A stretch of 64,000 bases of DNA from Candidatus Latescibacterota bacterium. GTDB taxonomy: Bacteria; Latescibacterota; UBA2968; UBA8231. Of this stretch, positions 49,290-58,008 are shown piece by piece. Every line of letters begins with the position of its first letter. Position 1 is the stretch's first letter. A model generated the notes under the pieces. That model made no database searches. It was not told the DNA's origin and saw only the letters and a list, made by a program, of their open reading frames with translations. The stretch covers positions 1,120,001 to 1,184,000 of the forward strand of contig CBDAOB010000004.1 in NCBI GenBank assembly GCA_965197905.1, read 5' to 3'. The position numbers and the translations under genes are program-made.

Positions 49290-50735
49290 ATGCCAGATGA
49301 AAAAATGAACAGATATTTCGACGATTGGCGAAAGCGGGAGGAGATCGCCGAATCGATGATTCCGATCATTGGCGGCCTATATCGCGACCATGGTGTGGTC
49401 ACGACTTTGTACGGCCGGTCGCTTATCAACAAGTCGACTATCGATATCCTCAAGGCGCATCGCTTCACCCGGAAGATCCTCTCGGCGGAGCTCTCCATCC
49501 TCTCAACCCGGTCAGTTCTTGAGGCGATCTGCAAGCTGGAGCTGGCACCGGCTCGAATCGACATCGGAAAATTGACCGCGAATTTCGTGAAAAACGGAAA
49601 TGGCGCCGATGTCGACGCCTTCGTGAAGCGGGAACTGGCGGTCATAAAAACACTGGATACCGTAGGCGATCGACCGCAGGACGTCGTGCTCTTCGGATTC
49701 GGTCGCGTCGGCCGCATGATTGCCCGGATTCTGATTGAACGCAGTGGCGGCGGCGACAAATGGCGGTTGCGCGCCATTGTCGTACAGAAGCGCAAGAATG
49801 ATAGCGTGCTCAAACGCGCCAGCCTGCTGCGGCGCGATTCGGTTCACGGCCAGTTTAACGGGACAATCACCGTCGACGAAGAGGAACAGGCGATCGTCGC
49901 CAATGGTAACATGATTCGCGTGTTATATGCGGATGGTCCCGAAAGCGTCGACTACACGAAGTATGGAATTTCCGAGGCGATCGTTGTTGACAACAGCGGC
50001 GCGTGGCGTGACCGCAAAGGGCTCGGGAGGCATTTCTTGTGCGACGGTGTGGCCAAGGTCGTTCTCACAGCTCCCGGCAAGGGCGACGTGCCCAACATCG
50101 TTTACGGCGTCAACAACAACTGCATCAACGATGAAGAGAACATCATCTCCGCGGGCAGCTGCACAACCAACGCCATCGTTCCGGTGTTGAAAGCGATCCA
50201 CGATCGCTTCGGCATCGAAAGTGGCCATATCGAGACCTGCCACTCCTATACCAACGACCAGAACCTCAACGACAATTTCCATCATTTCAGTCGTAGGGGA
50301 AGGGCGGCCCCCTTGAACATGGTCATTACCGAAACGGGAGCGGCGGAAGCGGTGGGCAAGGTGTTGCCCGACTTGGATGGCAGACTCACGGCGAACGCCA
50401 TCAGGGTGCCTACCCCGAACGTATCCCTGGCGATCCTGAGCCTCAACTTGAACAGCACGGTCTCGGTTGATCAGGTAAATGGTTACTTACGCGACATCTC
50501 GCTCGAGTCACCCCTGCAGGGGCAGATCGACTTCGTTAGCTCACCGGAAGTGGTGTCCACCGATTTTATAGGCAATATGAAGGCCGGCGTCGTCGACTCA
50601 CTGGCCACCATCGTTCAGGGCAGACGCTGCAACATCTACGTTTGGTACGACAACGAGTTCGGCTACAGCGTCCAGGTGGTGCGAATCCTTCAACATGTGG
50701 CGAACCTGGAGCTACCCTCTTTCCCCCGGGTTTAG
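49290..50735 (+). CDS. gap: Glyceraldehyde-3-phosphate dehydrogenase, long (~480 aa) form
   Basis: DVVLFGFGRVGR, SAGSCTTN, HSYTNDQN, RVPTPNVS, WYDNEFGYS, plus an N-terminal extension of ~130 aa; SD before ATG 49290. Confidence 0.93.
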   Translation: MPDEKMNRYFDDWRKREEIAESMIPIIGGLYRDHGVVTTLYGRSLINKSTIDILKAHRFTRKILSAELSILSTRSVLEAICKLELAPARIDIGKLTANFVKNGNGADVDAFVKRELAVIKTLDTVGDRPQDVVLFGFGRVGRMIARILIERSGGGDKWRLRAIVVQKRKNDSVLKRASLLRRDSVHGQFNGTITVDEEEQAIVANGNMIRVLYADGPESVDYTKYGISEAIVVDNSGAWRDRKGLGRHFLCDGVAKVVLTAPGKGDVPNIVYGVNNNCINDEENIISAGSCTTNAIVPVLKAIHDRFGIESGHIETCHSYTNDQNLNDNFHHFSRRGRAAPLNMVITETGAAEAVGKVLPDLDGRLTANAIRVPTPNVSLAILSLNLNSTVSVDQVNGYLRDISLESPLQGQIDFVSSPEVVSTDFIGNMKAGVVDSLATIVQGRRCNIYVWYDNEFGYSVQVVRILQHVANLELPSFPRV

Positions 50736-50746
50736 CCCCCAGTTGC

Positions 50747-51259
50747 TCAGTCGGCCGAGCGTTTGTTCAACGCCCCATTCCGAACCATGGGCAGGTTGGA
50801 TAGTTCGGTGAAGAGATACCGGTTTTGTCCGAGCTGTATACCGGTCTCTCCGAAAATCAGGTCCACGGTATAGATCCTGCTGCCATTGCTCACCAGGCTC
50901 ATCTCCCGGTAGTCGAAGTATTCACCGTCGGTGAGCTCAAACACGTAGGTGCAGCTGCGGCCCGTACACGCTTCCTTCCAGTACATTCCCTGCGCCCAGA
51001 ACAGAGTGTTTTGAGCGTCGGGTAGCCGCGATCCCGGATGTGCGGTTAGAATCTCGGTGCGCACGGTGAGGTTGCCGTTCTGAAATGTCCAGAACCGAAC
51101 CTGCTCGGCGTCTATGGGTTCGTACTCCATCGAGGGGAGCTGGGTATCTTGGTATTGGAATAGGACCTGACCATCCAACCTTTCCTGGTCGGTGGAGCCT
51201 GTGGGGTTTTGTCCGCATGCAAACAGCGCAGCAACGAGAAGATATTTGACATTTCGCAT
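50747..51259 (-). CDS. Hypothetical lipoprotein
   Basis: GGAGG SD; MRNVKYLLVAALFA-C lipobox; beta-rich body. Confidence 0.7.
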   Translation of the reverse strand: MRNVKYLLVAALFACGQNPTGSTDQERLDGQVLFQYQDTQLPSMEYEPIDAEQVRFWTFQNGNLTVRTEILTAHPGSRLPDAQNTLFWAQGMYWKEACTGRSCTYVFELTDGEYFDYREMSLVSNGSRIYTVDLIFGETGIQLGQNRYLFTELSNLPMVRNGALNKRSAD

Positions 51260-51380
51260 TTTGTGCCTCCTTTCGCCACAGGGGCGTTGTGACGCTTGAC
51301 AAGCCGGAACGACCATGGATCGGTTCCGCGAGGTCGTTCGACACCGATACAAGTCAAGGAGCCCCGTTCCAGGTAGCAAC

Positions 51381-51408
51381 AAAAAACCGGCCCGAATAAG
51401 GGCCGGTT
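51381..51408 (-). terminator. Intrinsic terminator (minus strand)
   Basis: The minus strand reads AACCGGCCC-TTATTC-GGGCCGGTT-TTTT. Confidence 0.8.
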
Positions 51409-51682
51409 GGAAGTATCGCGCACGAATTGCGGGGTAGGGCTACAATTGTGCTCTATGGACCTCTCGATTGATCGGGATGAATCTGCTGCGATTCGACCAG
51501 CCTTCAATCATAGATCTGATTCCCCTCCTACAGGTGCAGTCCTTGCGTGGCGAACGATGGTTGCCGCTTGCTTCCGTTCCCGGCAACGCTTGATACCGCT
51601 TAGTAGTATATATCGACACGTTCTGACAATCCCTTTAGTCGCCCATATCCCCGGTTGCTGGAGCCGGATCCCGCGACCAGTC

Positions 51683-52951
51683 CTAAAGCGTCAGGTTGAG
51701 GCAAACGATTTCCTCCTCGTTGCGGAGGAACAAACGACCGGCTGCCAGGGCTGGCATCGTCCAGCAACGGCCCTCAAGTATCTGGGCGGTGCTCTTCTCA
51801 CGGTAGGATTCGGGTGTCGCTTCCACCAACCCTAGGTTTCCCTGCTCGCCCAGGACGATGAGATGCCCCGCCGCCAGCAGGAGTGTTCCTTTGCCGAAAC
51901 CGCGCTTCTTCCAGCGCTCGGATCCCGTACGGGCATCCAAACATTTGAGGATGGCGTTGTCGAAACCGTAGAGGTAATCACCCTGTACTACCGATGAGCC
52001 AAAGTGATTCTTCATCATCCGCGTTTTCCAGATCTCCCGCGCGGTAAGATTCGAGCCCGCCGCATCGACCTGGATCACACTCGCCCCGGTGTCGTAGCCG
52101 GATGAAATGAAGATCCTGTTGGGGGGAATGAAAACCGGGGTCGCGGCGTTTACGTCGTAGCTCGTCTCCCATGGAAAGCTCCATAACGTGGCACCATCTG
52201 AGGGATCGAGGGCAATCAGCCCAGGCGAGGTGAAAAAGATCACCTGTCGGCGACCGGCGAGGTCAATGGCTATGGGCGAGGAGTAACTCGGTTTTCCGGC
52301 AGCCGCGGTCCAGGCGATCTTGCCACTGTCTCGCCGAAATGCGGCGATGGTCGCGTCCTGCTCAACCTCGGAAAAGACATCCAGTACCGAGGTCTTGGGA
52401 CTGCCACCGGTTTCGACCAAAACCAGATCGCCTTCGACCAACGGCGACGAGCAAAACCCCCATCTCGGGGGCTCTCCACCGAACATCTTCATTAGATCGT
52501 GCTCCCACACCACCTTACCATCGTCGGCGCCGACGGCATACAGCTTCCCACGCGCTCCAAGCGCATAGACCTGTTTCCCGTCTATCGTTGGCGTGGCCCT
52601 GGGGCCATTGCCTCCTTGGTGGTCCAGGAAGATGTCATCCATTCTAAGGCGCCACACCTGGCGACCATCGGCGGCATCGAGACAGAGCAGGTACTCGGCA
52701 TGGTCGCGAGACACCATGGTGTAAAGGCGGTTACCTTCGACGGCGATGCCGGAAAACCCTCCACCACCGGCAACCCGCCACTCTACCTTGGGTCCGGCAG
52801 CGGGCCAAGTTTGTGGCAGCTCGGACACCACCGAAACACCGTCTCGATGGGGCCCTCGCCACTGTGGCCAGCCGGGCGCATCCGCGCCTGCGTCGGCGGT
52901 GCAGACGGCCGCCATGATACAAAGGGTCATGAATCTGCTGTGTGGTGTCAT
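51683..52951 (-). CDS. Exported PQQ-like (BamB-like) beta-propeller protein
   Basis: Signal peptide, WPQWRGP.RDG, GPRATP, SSPLVEGD, SYSSP, WTMPALA.GRLFLRN. Confidence 0.88.
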   Translation of the reverse strand: MTPHSRFMTLCIMAAVCTADAGADAPGWPQWRGPHRDGVSVVSELPQTWPAAGPKVEWRVAGGGGFSGIAVEGNRLYTMVSRDHAEYLLCLDAADGRQVWRLRMDDIFLDHQGGNGPRATPTIDGKQVYALGARGKLYAVGADDGKVVWEHDLMKMFGGEPPRWGFCSSPLVEGDLVLVETGGSPKTSVLDVFSEVEQDATIAAFRRDSGKIAWTAAAGKPSYSSPIAIDLAGRRQVIFFTSPGLIALDPSDGATLWSFPWETSYDVNAATPVFIPPNRIFISSGYDTGASVIQVDAAGSNLTAREIWKTRMMKNHFGSSVVQGDYLYGFDNAILKCLDARTGSERWKKRGFGKGTLLLAAGHLIVLGEQGNLGLVEATPESYREKSTAQILEGRCWTMPALAAGRLFLRNEEEIVCLNLTL

Positions 52952-53006
52952 GGTATGGTTTCCTCTCGCGGCGTACCCAGGGTCACATTCGCGAGGAATC
53001 AGGATG

Positions 53007-54350
53007 TCAGGTGTAACGGGCGTTGCGATATTTGAGATCGTAGAACTCTGGAAGAAGCTGATCCACCTGGAGCAGCCCTTTTCGAGTTAGCTCGATCAGG
53101 TCGCGGTTGAAATCCAACAGCTGTTCCCGCTCGAGGTCCTGCAGCACCGGCAAGAAACGGGTGACGATATCGACGCCGAACTTTTCTTGAAAGTAGGATG
53201 GACTCAGCCGGCCCACCTTCAGTTGCAGGATGAATTCCCTTGTCAATCGTTCGGCGGCGTCGGTGACGAAACCCCGTGCCAAGGGCAGACGACCCTCCTG
53301 CAGCGCCTTCAGGTAGGGGTCCCACTCGGCCAGATTCTGAAAGTGGACGCCGCCCACGTGAGAAAAGGAAGCCACCCCGGTTCCGAGCATGTCGCTGCTT
53401 TGCCATACCGCGTCCCGGTAGACGAATTCGCCGTTCCCTCCGGCCCTGGTCATGGTGTAGGCACTGGATGCTTCGAATCCGGCTTCTTCAAACTGTTCCA
53501 TGGCGTACGCGTGCCAGGCGCGCTTGGTTTCCCAGTTCGCGAAATCGAGGTCGGACCCCTGGGCGAGCTCTTTGGAGTAGACGGTGTTGTGCGGGAGCTC
53601 CATCTGGTAGATGGTTACGCTGTCCGGCTCGAGAGCAATGGTCCGGCTCACCGTCTCCTTCCAGCTGTCCCACGATTCGCCTACCATGCCCGCGATGAGG
53701 TCGACGTTTAGCTGTTCGAACTCGAGCTCCCGAATCCAGGGCATGACCTGGTAGATCTCAGGCGAACGATGGGCGCGGCCGTTGTTGGCGAGAATCTCGT
53801 CGTTCAGATTCTCAATGCCCAGACTGAGGCGTGTAACCCCGATTTCTTTGATCGCTTCCAATTTTGCCTGGGTGAGCGTCCCTGGCTCGCATTCGAAAGC
53901 CACCTCCCGAGCACCCTCCCAGGAGATGCACTGTTGCGCGCGGGTAACAAACTGCCGCAGGTGGCGAGCACTGATGTAGGATGGCGTGCCGCCCCCAAAG
54001 TAGATGAAGGTGAGATCCCGGCCCTGCACGGCGGGAAGCTCGGCGTAGATCTCCAGCTCCAGTATCAACCCGTCGAGGTATTGTTGGATGTCGGAGCTGT
54101 TTTTGTCGGTGTACACGCGGAAATAACAGAACCTGCACCGCTTGCGACAGAATGGGATGTGGATATAGAGCCCCACGGGGGTTTCCGAATCGGCAGGCGA
54201 GCTGTTGAGGACGTCGTAGGCATGGCCAACCTCTTCCTCCTTCCAGAACGAGTATGGCGGATAGTTGGAGACGAATACGCTCCCTATCTCGGTCTGGGCC
54301 CGCGCTTTGCGCGTCGTTGCGGGATCTGGATTGGTGGTTGGGCTATTCAA
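53007..54350 (-). CDS. HemN-like radical SAM enzyme
   Basis: LYIHIPFCRKRCRFCYF (CxxxCxxC), YFGGGTPS, RLSLGIE, NVDLIAG, LGTGVASFS. Confidence 0.9.
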   Translation of the reverse strand: MNSPTTNPDPATTRKARAQTEIGSVFVSNYPPYSFWKEEEVGHAYDVLNSSPADSETPVGLYIHIPFCRKRCRFCYFRVYTDKNSSDIQQYLDGLILELEIYAELPAVQGRDLTFIYFGGGTPSYISARHLRQFVTRAQQCISWEGAREVAFECEPGTLTQAKLEAIKEIGVTRLSLGIENLNDEILANNGRAHRSPEIYQVMPWIRELEFEQLNVDLIAGMVGESWDSWKETVSRTIALEPDSVTIYQMELPHNTVYSKELAQGSDLDFANWETKRAWHAYAMEQFEEAGFEASSAYTMTRAGGNGEFVYRDAVWQSSDMLGTGVASFSHVGGVHFQNLAEWDPYLKALQEGRLPLARGFVTDAAERLTREFILQLKVGRLSPSYFQEKFGVDIVTRFLPVLQDLEREQLLDFNRDLIELTRKGLLQVDQLLPEFYDLKYRNARYT

Positions 54351-55455
54351 CGGGTTGCTCTCCGAAGCAGTACAGGTATCCGTTTTCGGCGCCGATTACA
54401 AGCCGGTCCCCTGCCATGGATGGGGAGGCGATGATGGCCGAACCAGCAGCAAAACGCCAACGCTCCTCTCCGGAAGATAGGTCGAGACCGAAAAGGGTGC
54501 CGCCAGTCGTTCCGAAATAGACCCGCCCGGAAGCAACCACCGGCGAAGAGTCGACCTTCGAACCCGCGGCGAAGCTCCACAGCAGTTCTCCTGTTTTCGG
54601 GTGCAGCGCACGTACGAATTTGTCACGTCCGGCAACGACGATGTGCTCGCGTAGCACCGCGGCCGAAGCGTAGAACGGAAACCGGTGGTCAATTTCCCGA
54701 TATCTCCAGGCTACTTCACCTGATTCCAGATCGAGAGCAACAAACTCGTCACCAAAAGTCCCTAGGTAGGCGAACCTCCTCTGTACCGCGGGACTCGCCG
54801 CAGTGTAGGAACCCAAGGTGATCTGGTCCAGCTCGCGGCCCGTCTGGGTGTCTAGTACGCGCAATAAGCCGTCGCAGCCGGCGACCAGCACGCTACCGTC
54901 GACGACGGGACAGGAGGCGTGAACGTACCCCTCGGTCTCGAACCTCCAGATCTCCTCTCCGGTATCTCGGTTTATGCAGTAGAGCCGTTGGTCGTAAGAC
55001 CCGAAGAACAGTCGCTCGCCGCTGGCGACGGCAGAGGAAACGATAGCGTCCTCCGCGGCAAAGGTCCACCGCGGCGCTCCGTTGGCAAGGTTCAGACTAT
55101 GAAACCTGCCAGCCTCGTCGCCGAAGAAGATCCCTCCATCATATACCAGCGGCGAGGATTTGATGGCTGCACGGGCCGCGTATTCCCATTTGAGCTCTCC
55201 CGAATACAGGTCGACGGCGTAGAGTGTGCTGTCCATCGATCCCACGTAGGCGACTCGGCCCAGAATGGCCGCCGTGGATTCGATTGGAGCTCGGGTCGGG
55301 AAGGTCCAGAGAAGCTGCGGCGTTGTCGGCAGGTTGGCGGCGCTGACGCCCGACATCTGCGGGTCACCGCGAAAGCTGGGCCAGCTATCGCGCGCGAGGC
55401 AAGGCGACACCAAGACCAGTTGCCAGACGCAGAAGCTGAGAAACCACGCACCCAT
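54343..55455 (-). CDS. Exported PQQ-like beta-propeller protein (regular repeats)
   Basis: Signal peptide, WPSFRGD, about eight blades of SSP.V....Y.G..DG..YA.D..TG...W.F; TGATG coupling with the upstream stop. Confidence 0.88.
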   Translation of the reverse strand: MGAWFLSFCVWQLVLVSPCLARDSWPSFRGDPQMSGVSAANLPTTPQLLWTFPTRAPIESTAAILGRVAYVGSMDSTLYAVDLYSGELKWEYAARAAIKSSPLVYDGGIFFGDEAGRFHSLNLANGAPRWTFAAEDAIVSSAVASGERLFFGSYDQRLYCINRDTGEEIWRFETEGYVHASCPVVDGSVLVAGCDGLLRVLDTQTGRELDQITLGSYTAASPAVQRRFAYLGTFGDEFVALDLESGEVAWRYREIDHRFPFYASAAVLREHIVVAGRDKFVRALHPKTGELLWSFAAGSKVDSSPVVASGRVYFGTTGGTLFGLDLSSGEERWRFAAGSAIIASPSMAGDRLVIGAENGYLYCFGEQPVE

Positions 55456-56570
55456 CAGAATGCGGCCCGGTATAGCTCGAGAAGGTCGGACAGCGCCAAC
55501 GGCCGCGGATTGAAACGGGCGGTCCATTGCTCGGCGGCATCGGCGGCGAGGTCGGGGAGGACTTCCTCCGGCACCGGAATTTCCCGCAACTGCTGGGGCA
55601 ATCCCGCCGTGGAACGAACAACCGCCAGACGCTCGATCATCTCGTCGGCGCCACCTCCCAACACTGCGTATTCCCGAAACATCTCCGCGTCGTTGTGGCG
55701 TATGACGTGAGTCAACATCAAGCCGACCGCCGCGCCGTGAGATATATTGAAGCGGGCCGACAGCGGATTGGCGCAGGCGTGGGCCGCACCAAGCATGGAG
55801 TGTTCGATGGCAACGCCTGCAAAATGGGCCCCCGTCAACATCGCCTCCCACGGTTTGCTATCCTCGGTTCCGGCAAGCACCGTCTCGTAGTTCCTCTCGA
55901 GCAGGCGCCATGCCTCCGCTGCGAACATCTGCGACACAGGGTTGCGCCGCGTGCAAACATAGCTCTCCGCGGCGTGCGCCATGGCATCCAATCCGGTAGC
56001 AGCCACGACTTCGCGAGGGGCGCTGGGCGCCAGATGGGGGTCGAGAATGACCGCGACAAATTTCACCTTGCTATCGCCGCACGCCATCTTGCGATGTGAC
56101 TCGTCCTGGGCGATTACCGCGAACGATTGGGCTTCGCTGCCGGTGCCGGCGGTTGTTGGAATCCCGATCGCCGGCAACATCGGCTTGGTCGCACGGTTTA
56201 CACCCCAGTAATCCTCCATGCTACCGCCGTTGGTATAGATGAAGTTGATCCCCTTGGCGCAGTCCATGGCGCTGCCGCCACCTAGGCCGACGATGAGGTC
56301 GATGCTCCCACATTGATGTGCGAAATCGGCCCCGACCCGGACGTTGCTCGCCGTGGGGTTCTCGTCCACCTGATCGAAGATGTGGCATTCGTCGACTGAC
56401 CCCATGAGCAGGTCAAACGCCTTGGTAGTTAAGCCGCAGCGGGTGATCCCTGGGTCGGAGACCAGCAGAATCTGCCGAGCTCCAAACTTTTCCGGCATAG
56501 CGCCGAGGTCGTCCAGTCGCCCGGCGCCGACCAGCACCTCGGGACTGCACTGGAACTCAAACGAGGGCAT
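55455..56570 (-). CDS. Iron-containing alcohol dehydrogenase
   Basis: GLGGGSAMDCAK, IPTTAGTGSE, DAMAHAAESY, H-x13-HG metal ligands. Confidence 0.93.
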   Translation of the reverse strand: MPSFEFQCSPEVLVGAGRLDDLGAMPEKFGARQILLVSDPGITRCGLTTKAFDLLMGSVDECHIFDQVDENPTASNVRVGADFAHQCGSIDLIVGLGGGSAMDCAKGINFIYTNGGSMEDYWGVNRATKPMLPAIGIPTTAGTGSEAQSFAVIAQDESHRKMACGDSKVKFVAVILDPHLAPSAPREVVAATGLDAMAHAAESYVCTRRNPVSQMFAAEAWRLLERNYETVLAGTEDSKPWEAMLTGAHFAGVAIEHSMLGAAHACANPLSARFNISHGAAVGLMLTHVIRHNDAEMFREYAVLGGGADEMIERLAVVRSTAGLPQQLREIPVPEEVLPDLAADAAEQWTARFNPRPLALSDLLELYRAAF

Positions 56571-58008
56571 CTTGCAGCGGCCCGGAGCTCCTGATCTGCA
56601 GCGCTCGTTGCTGATACAGCAATTCGAAGAGATTGCCCTCGTGGGGCTGATCCCACTCAATCCGATTGGTCCTAATCGGCCCGATATTGAGACGGTCGAT
56701 GGCAGGCGTCGTGAGCAATTCGGCGACGAAATCTCGTTGATCCGACAGAGCCGTCACCACCAGGCTTGGTCCGATCATGTTCAACAACTCTGCCTGTGGT
56801 GCCTGAACCACGCTGACGAACGGGAAGAGGAATTCGGTGTTGGCCAGCGGGTGTGAGCCGTCTTCGCACCATACAACCGTTGGCAGCAAGAAGCTGCAGC
56901 CATCCACGATGGTGAGACGCGGACCTTTGCGATACCGTGCGGTCAGGTCTTCCGCACCCGGAATTGTCAGCTGCGACTCGATCAACTGGTCGATGCCTCG
57001 CGCGACGTCCGGGTTGCTGAAGGCGGCGATCCGGGCGCGATCGTCGGTGAGACTGCGGGCTTCGATCTTCGCCAGCCGGCGCGCCAGTTCCTCGGCGAGC
57101 TCGCGTCCTTGCGACGTGGTCCACACACCGGAGGCATTGATGCAGGAGCGACCGCCGTTGTCGACCACCGAATGTTCGATGAGATCCAGGTATTCGGACC
57201 ACTGCGGTGCCGTGTCGGCGGCAAAGAGAATCTTGCTACGTCCGGGACCATGAATTTGAACCCCGGGTTCGGTGCACCACGGATCGACGGTGGCTCCACC
57301 TCCGAACAAGAGGGAGCGTCCACATTGCAGCAGAATCTCCGCCGCTCCGCTGTGATCCGTTGGATAGAAGCTGAACGCCGGTGCTGGACAGCCGGCAGCC
57401 ATAAACGCCTGGGCTACCCGAAACGGCGTCCAGGGCTCCTCCGCGCCCGGTTTTAGAACCACCGGGACCTTGAGCGCAATGGAAGGCAACCACAGGGAGT
57501 GAACCCCGGGGGAATTGCTCGGCAGGACGCAACCGAGAGCCTGGGTCTGGCACAGATAGCTGAGGTTGCGACCGTCCGGATTTGTGCCGGCCGTGCCGTC
57601 GAGCACGGTCATATCCAACCCGCGGGTCAAACCGTCCAGGACCTTCTCCATCGACGTCAGGACTGTGGAGATCTTCTCCATGTTGGAGCGACAAAGGACT
57701 CGAGGTAGACCGGTGCTTGCCGAGGTCTGGGCAACATAGTCGTTCGGCGTTTGCACCGAGTTCCCCAGCGGCAACTCCCCTTCCATGAACAGCTTCGCGG
57801 CCCGGTAGCAGAGCTCCATCAACGCGGCCGTACCCATCTCGGCTAGCTGCTGTTTGTGATGGGCAGCAGCCGCAAGATCGAGCGCGATCAATCCTCGATT
57901 GGCCACGCTGACCTCGGCCAGCGGCTCTCCCGATCGAATATCCCGCACGATGCTTTTCTTCAGGCTTGCGTACGGCGTGCCGGCGCGCAGGATCGGTAGG
58001 TGCAGCAT
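56557..58008 (-). CDS. Divergent aldehyde dehydrogenase-fold enzyme (EhpG/LuxC-like acyl reductase candidate)
   Basis: LPSNSPG, VVLKP, LFGGG, HGPGRSK in place of ELGGK, NGGRSCINAS (catalytic Cys), TEFLFPFVSV; TGATG coupling with the upstream gene. Confidence 0.8.
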   Translation of the reverse strand: MLHLPILRAGTPYASLKKSIVRDIRSGEPLAEVSVANRGLIALDLAAAAHHKQQLAEMGTAALMELCYRAAKLFMEGELPLGNSVQTPNDYVAQTSASTGLPRVLCRSNMEKISTVLTSMEKVLDGLTRGLDMTVLDGTAGTNPDGRNLSYLCQTQALGCVLPSNSPGVHSLWLPSIALKVPVVLKPGAEEPWTPFRVAQAFMAAGCPAPAFSFYPTDHSGAAEILLQCGRSLLFGGGATVDPWCTEPGVQIHGPGRSKILFAADTAPQWSEYLDLIEHSVVDNGGRSCINASGVWTTSQGRELAEELARRLAKIEARSLTDDRARIAAFSNPDVARGIDQLIESQLTIPGAEDLTARYRKGPRLTIVDGCSFLLPTVVWCEDGSHPLANTEFLFPFVSVVQAPQAELLNMIGPSLVVTALSDQRDFVAELLTTPAIDRLNIGPIRTNRIEWDQPHEGNLFELLYQQRALQIRSSGPLQDALV

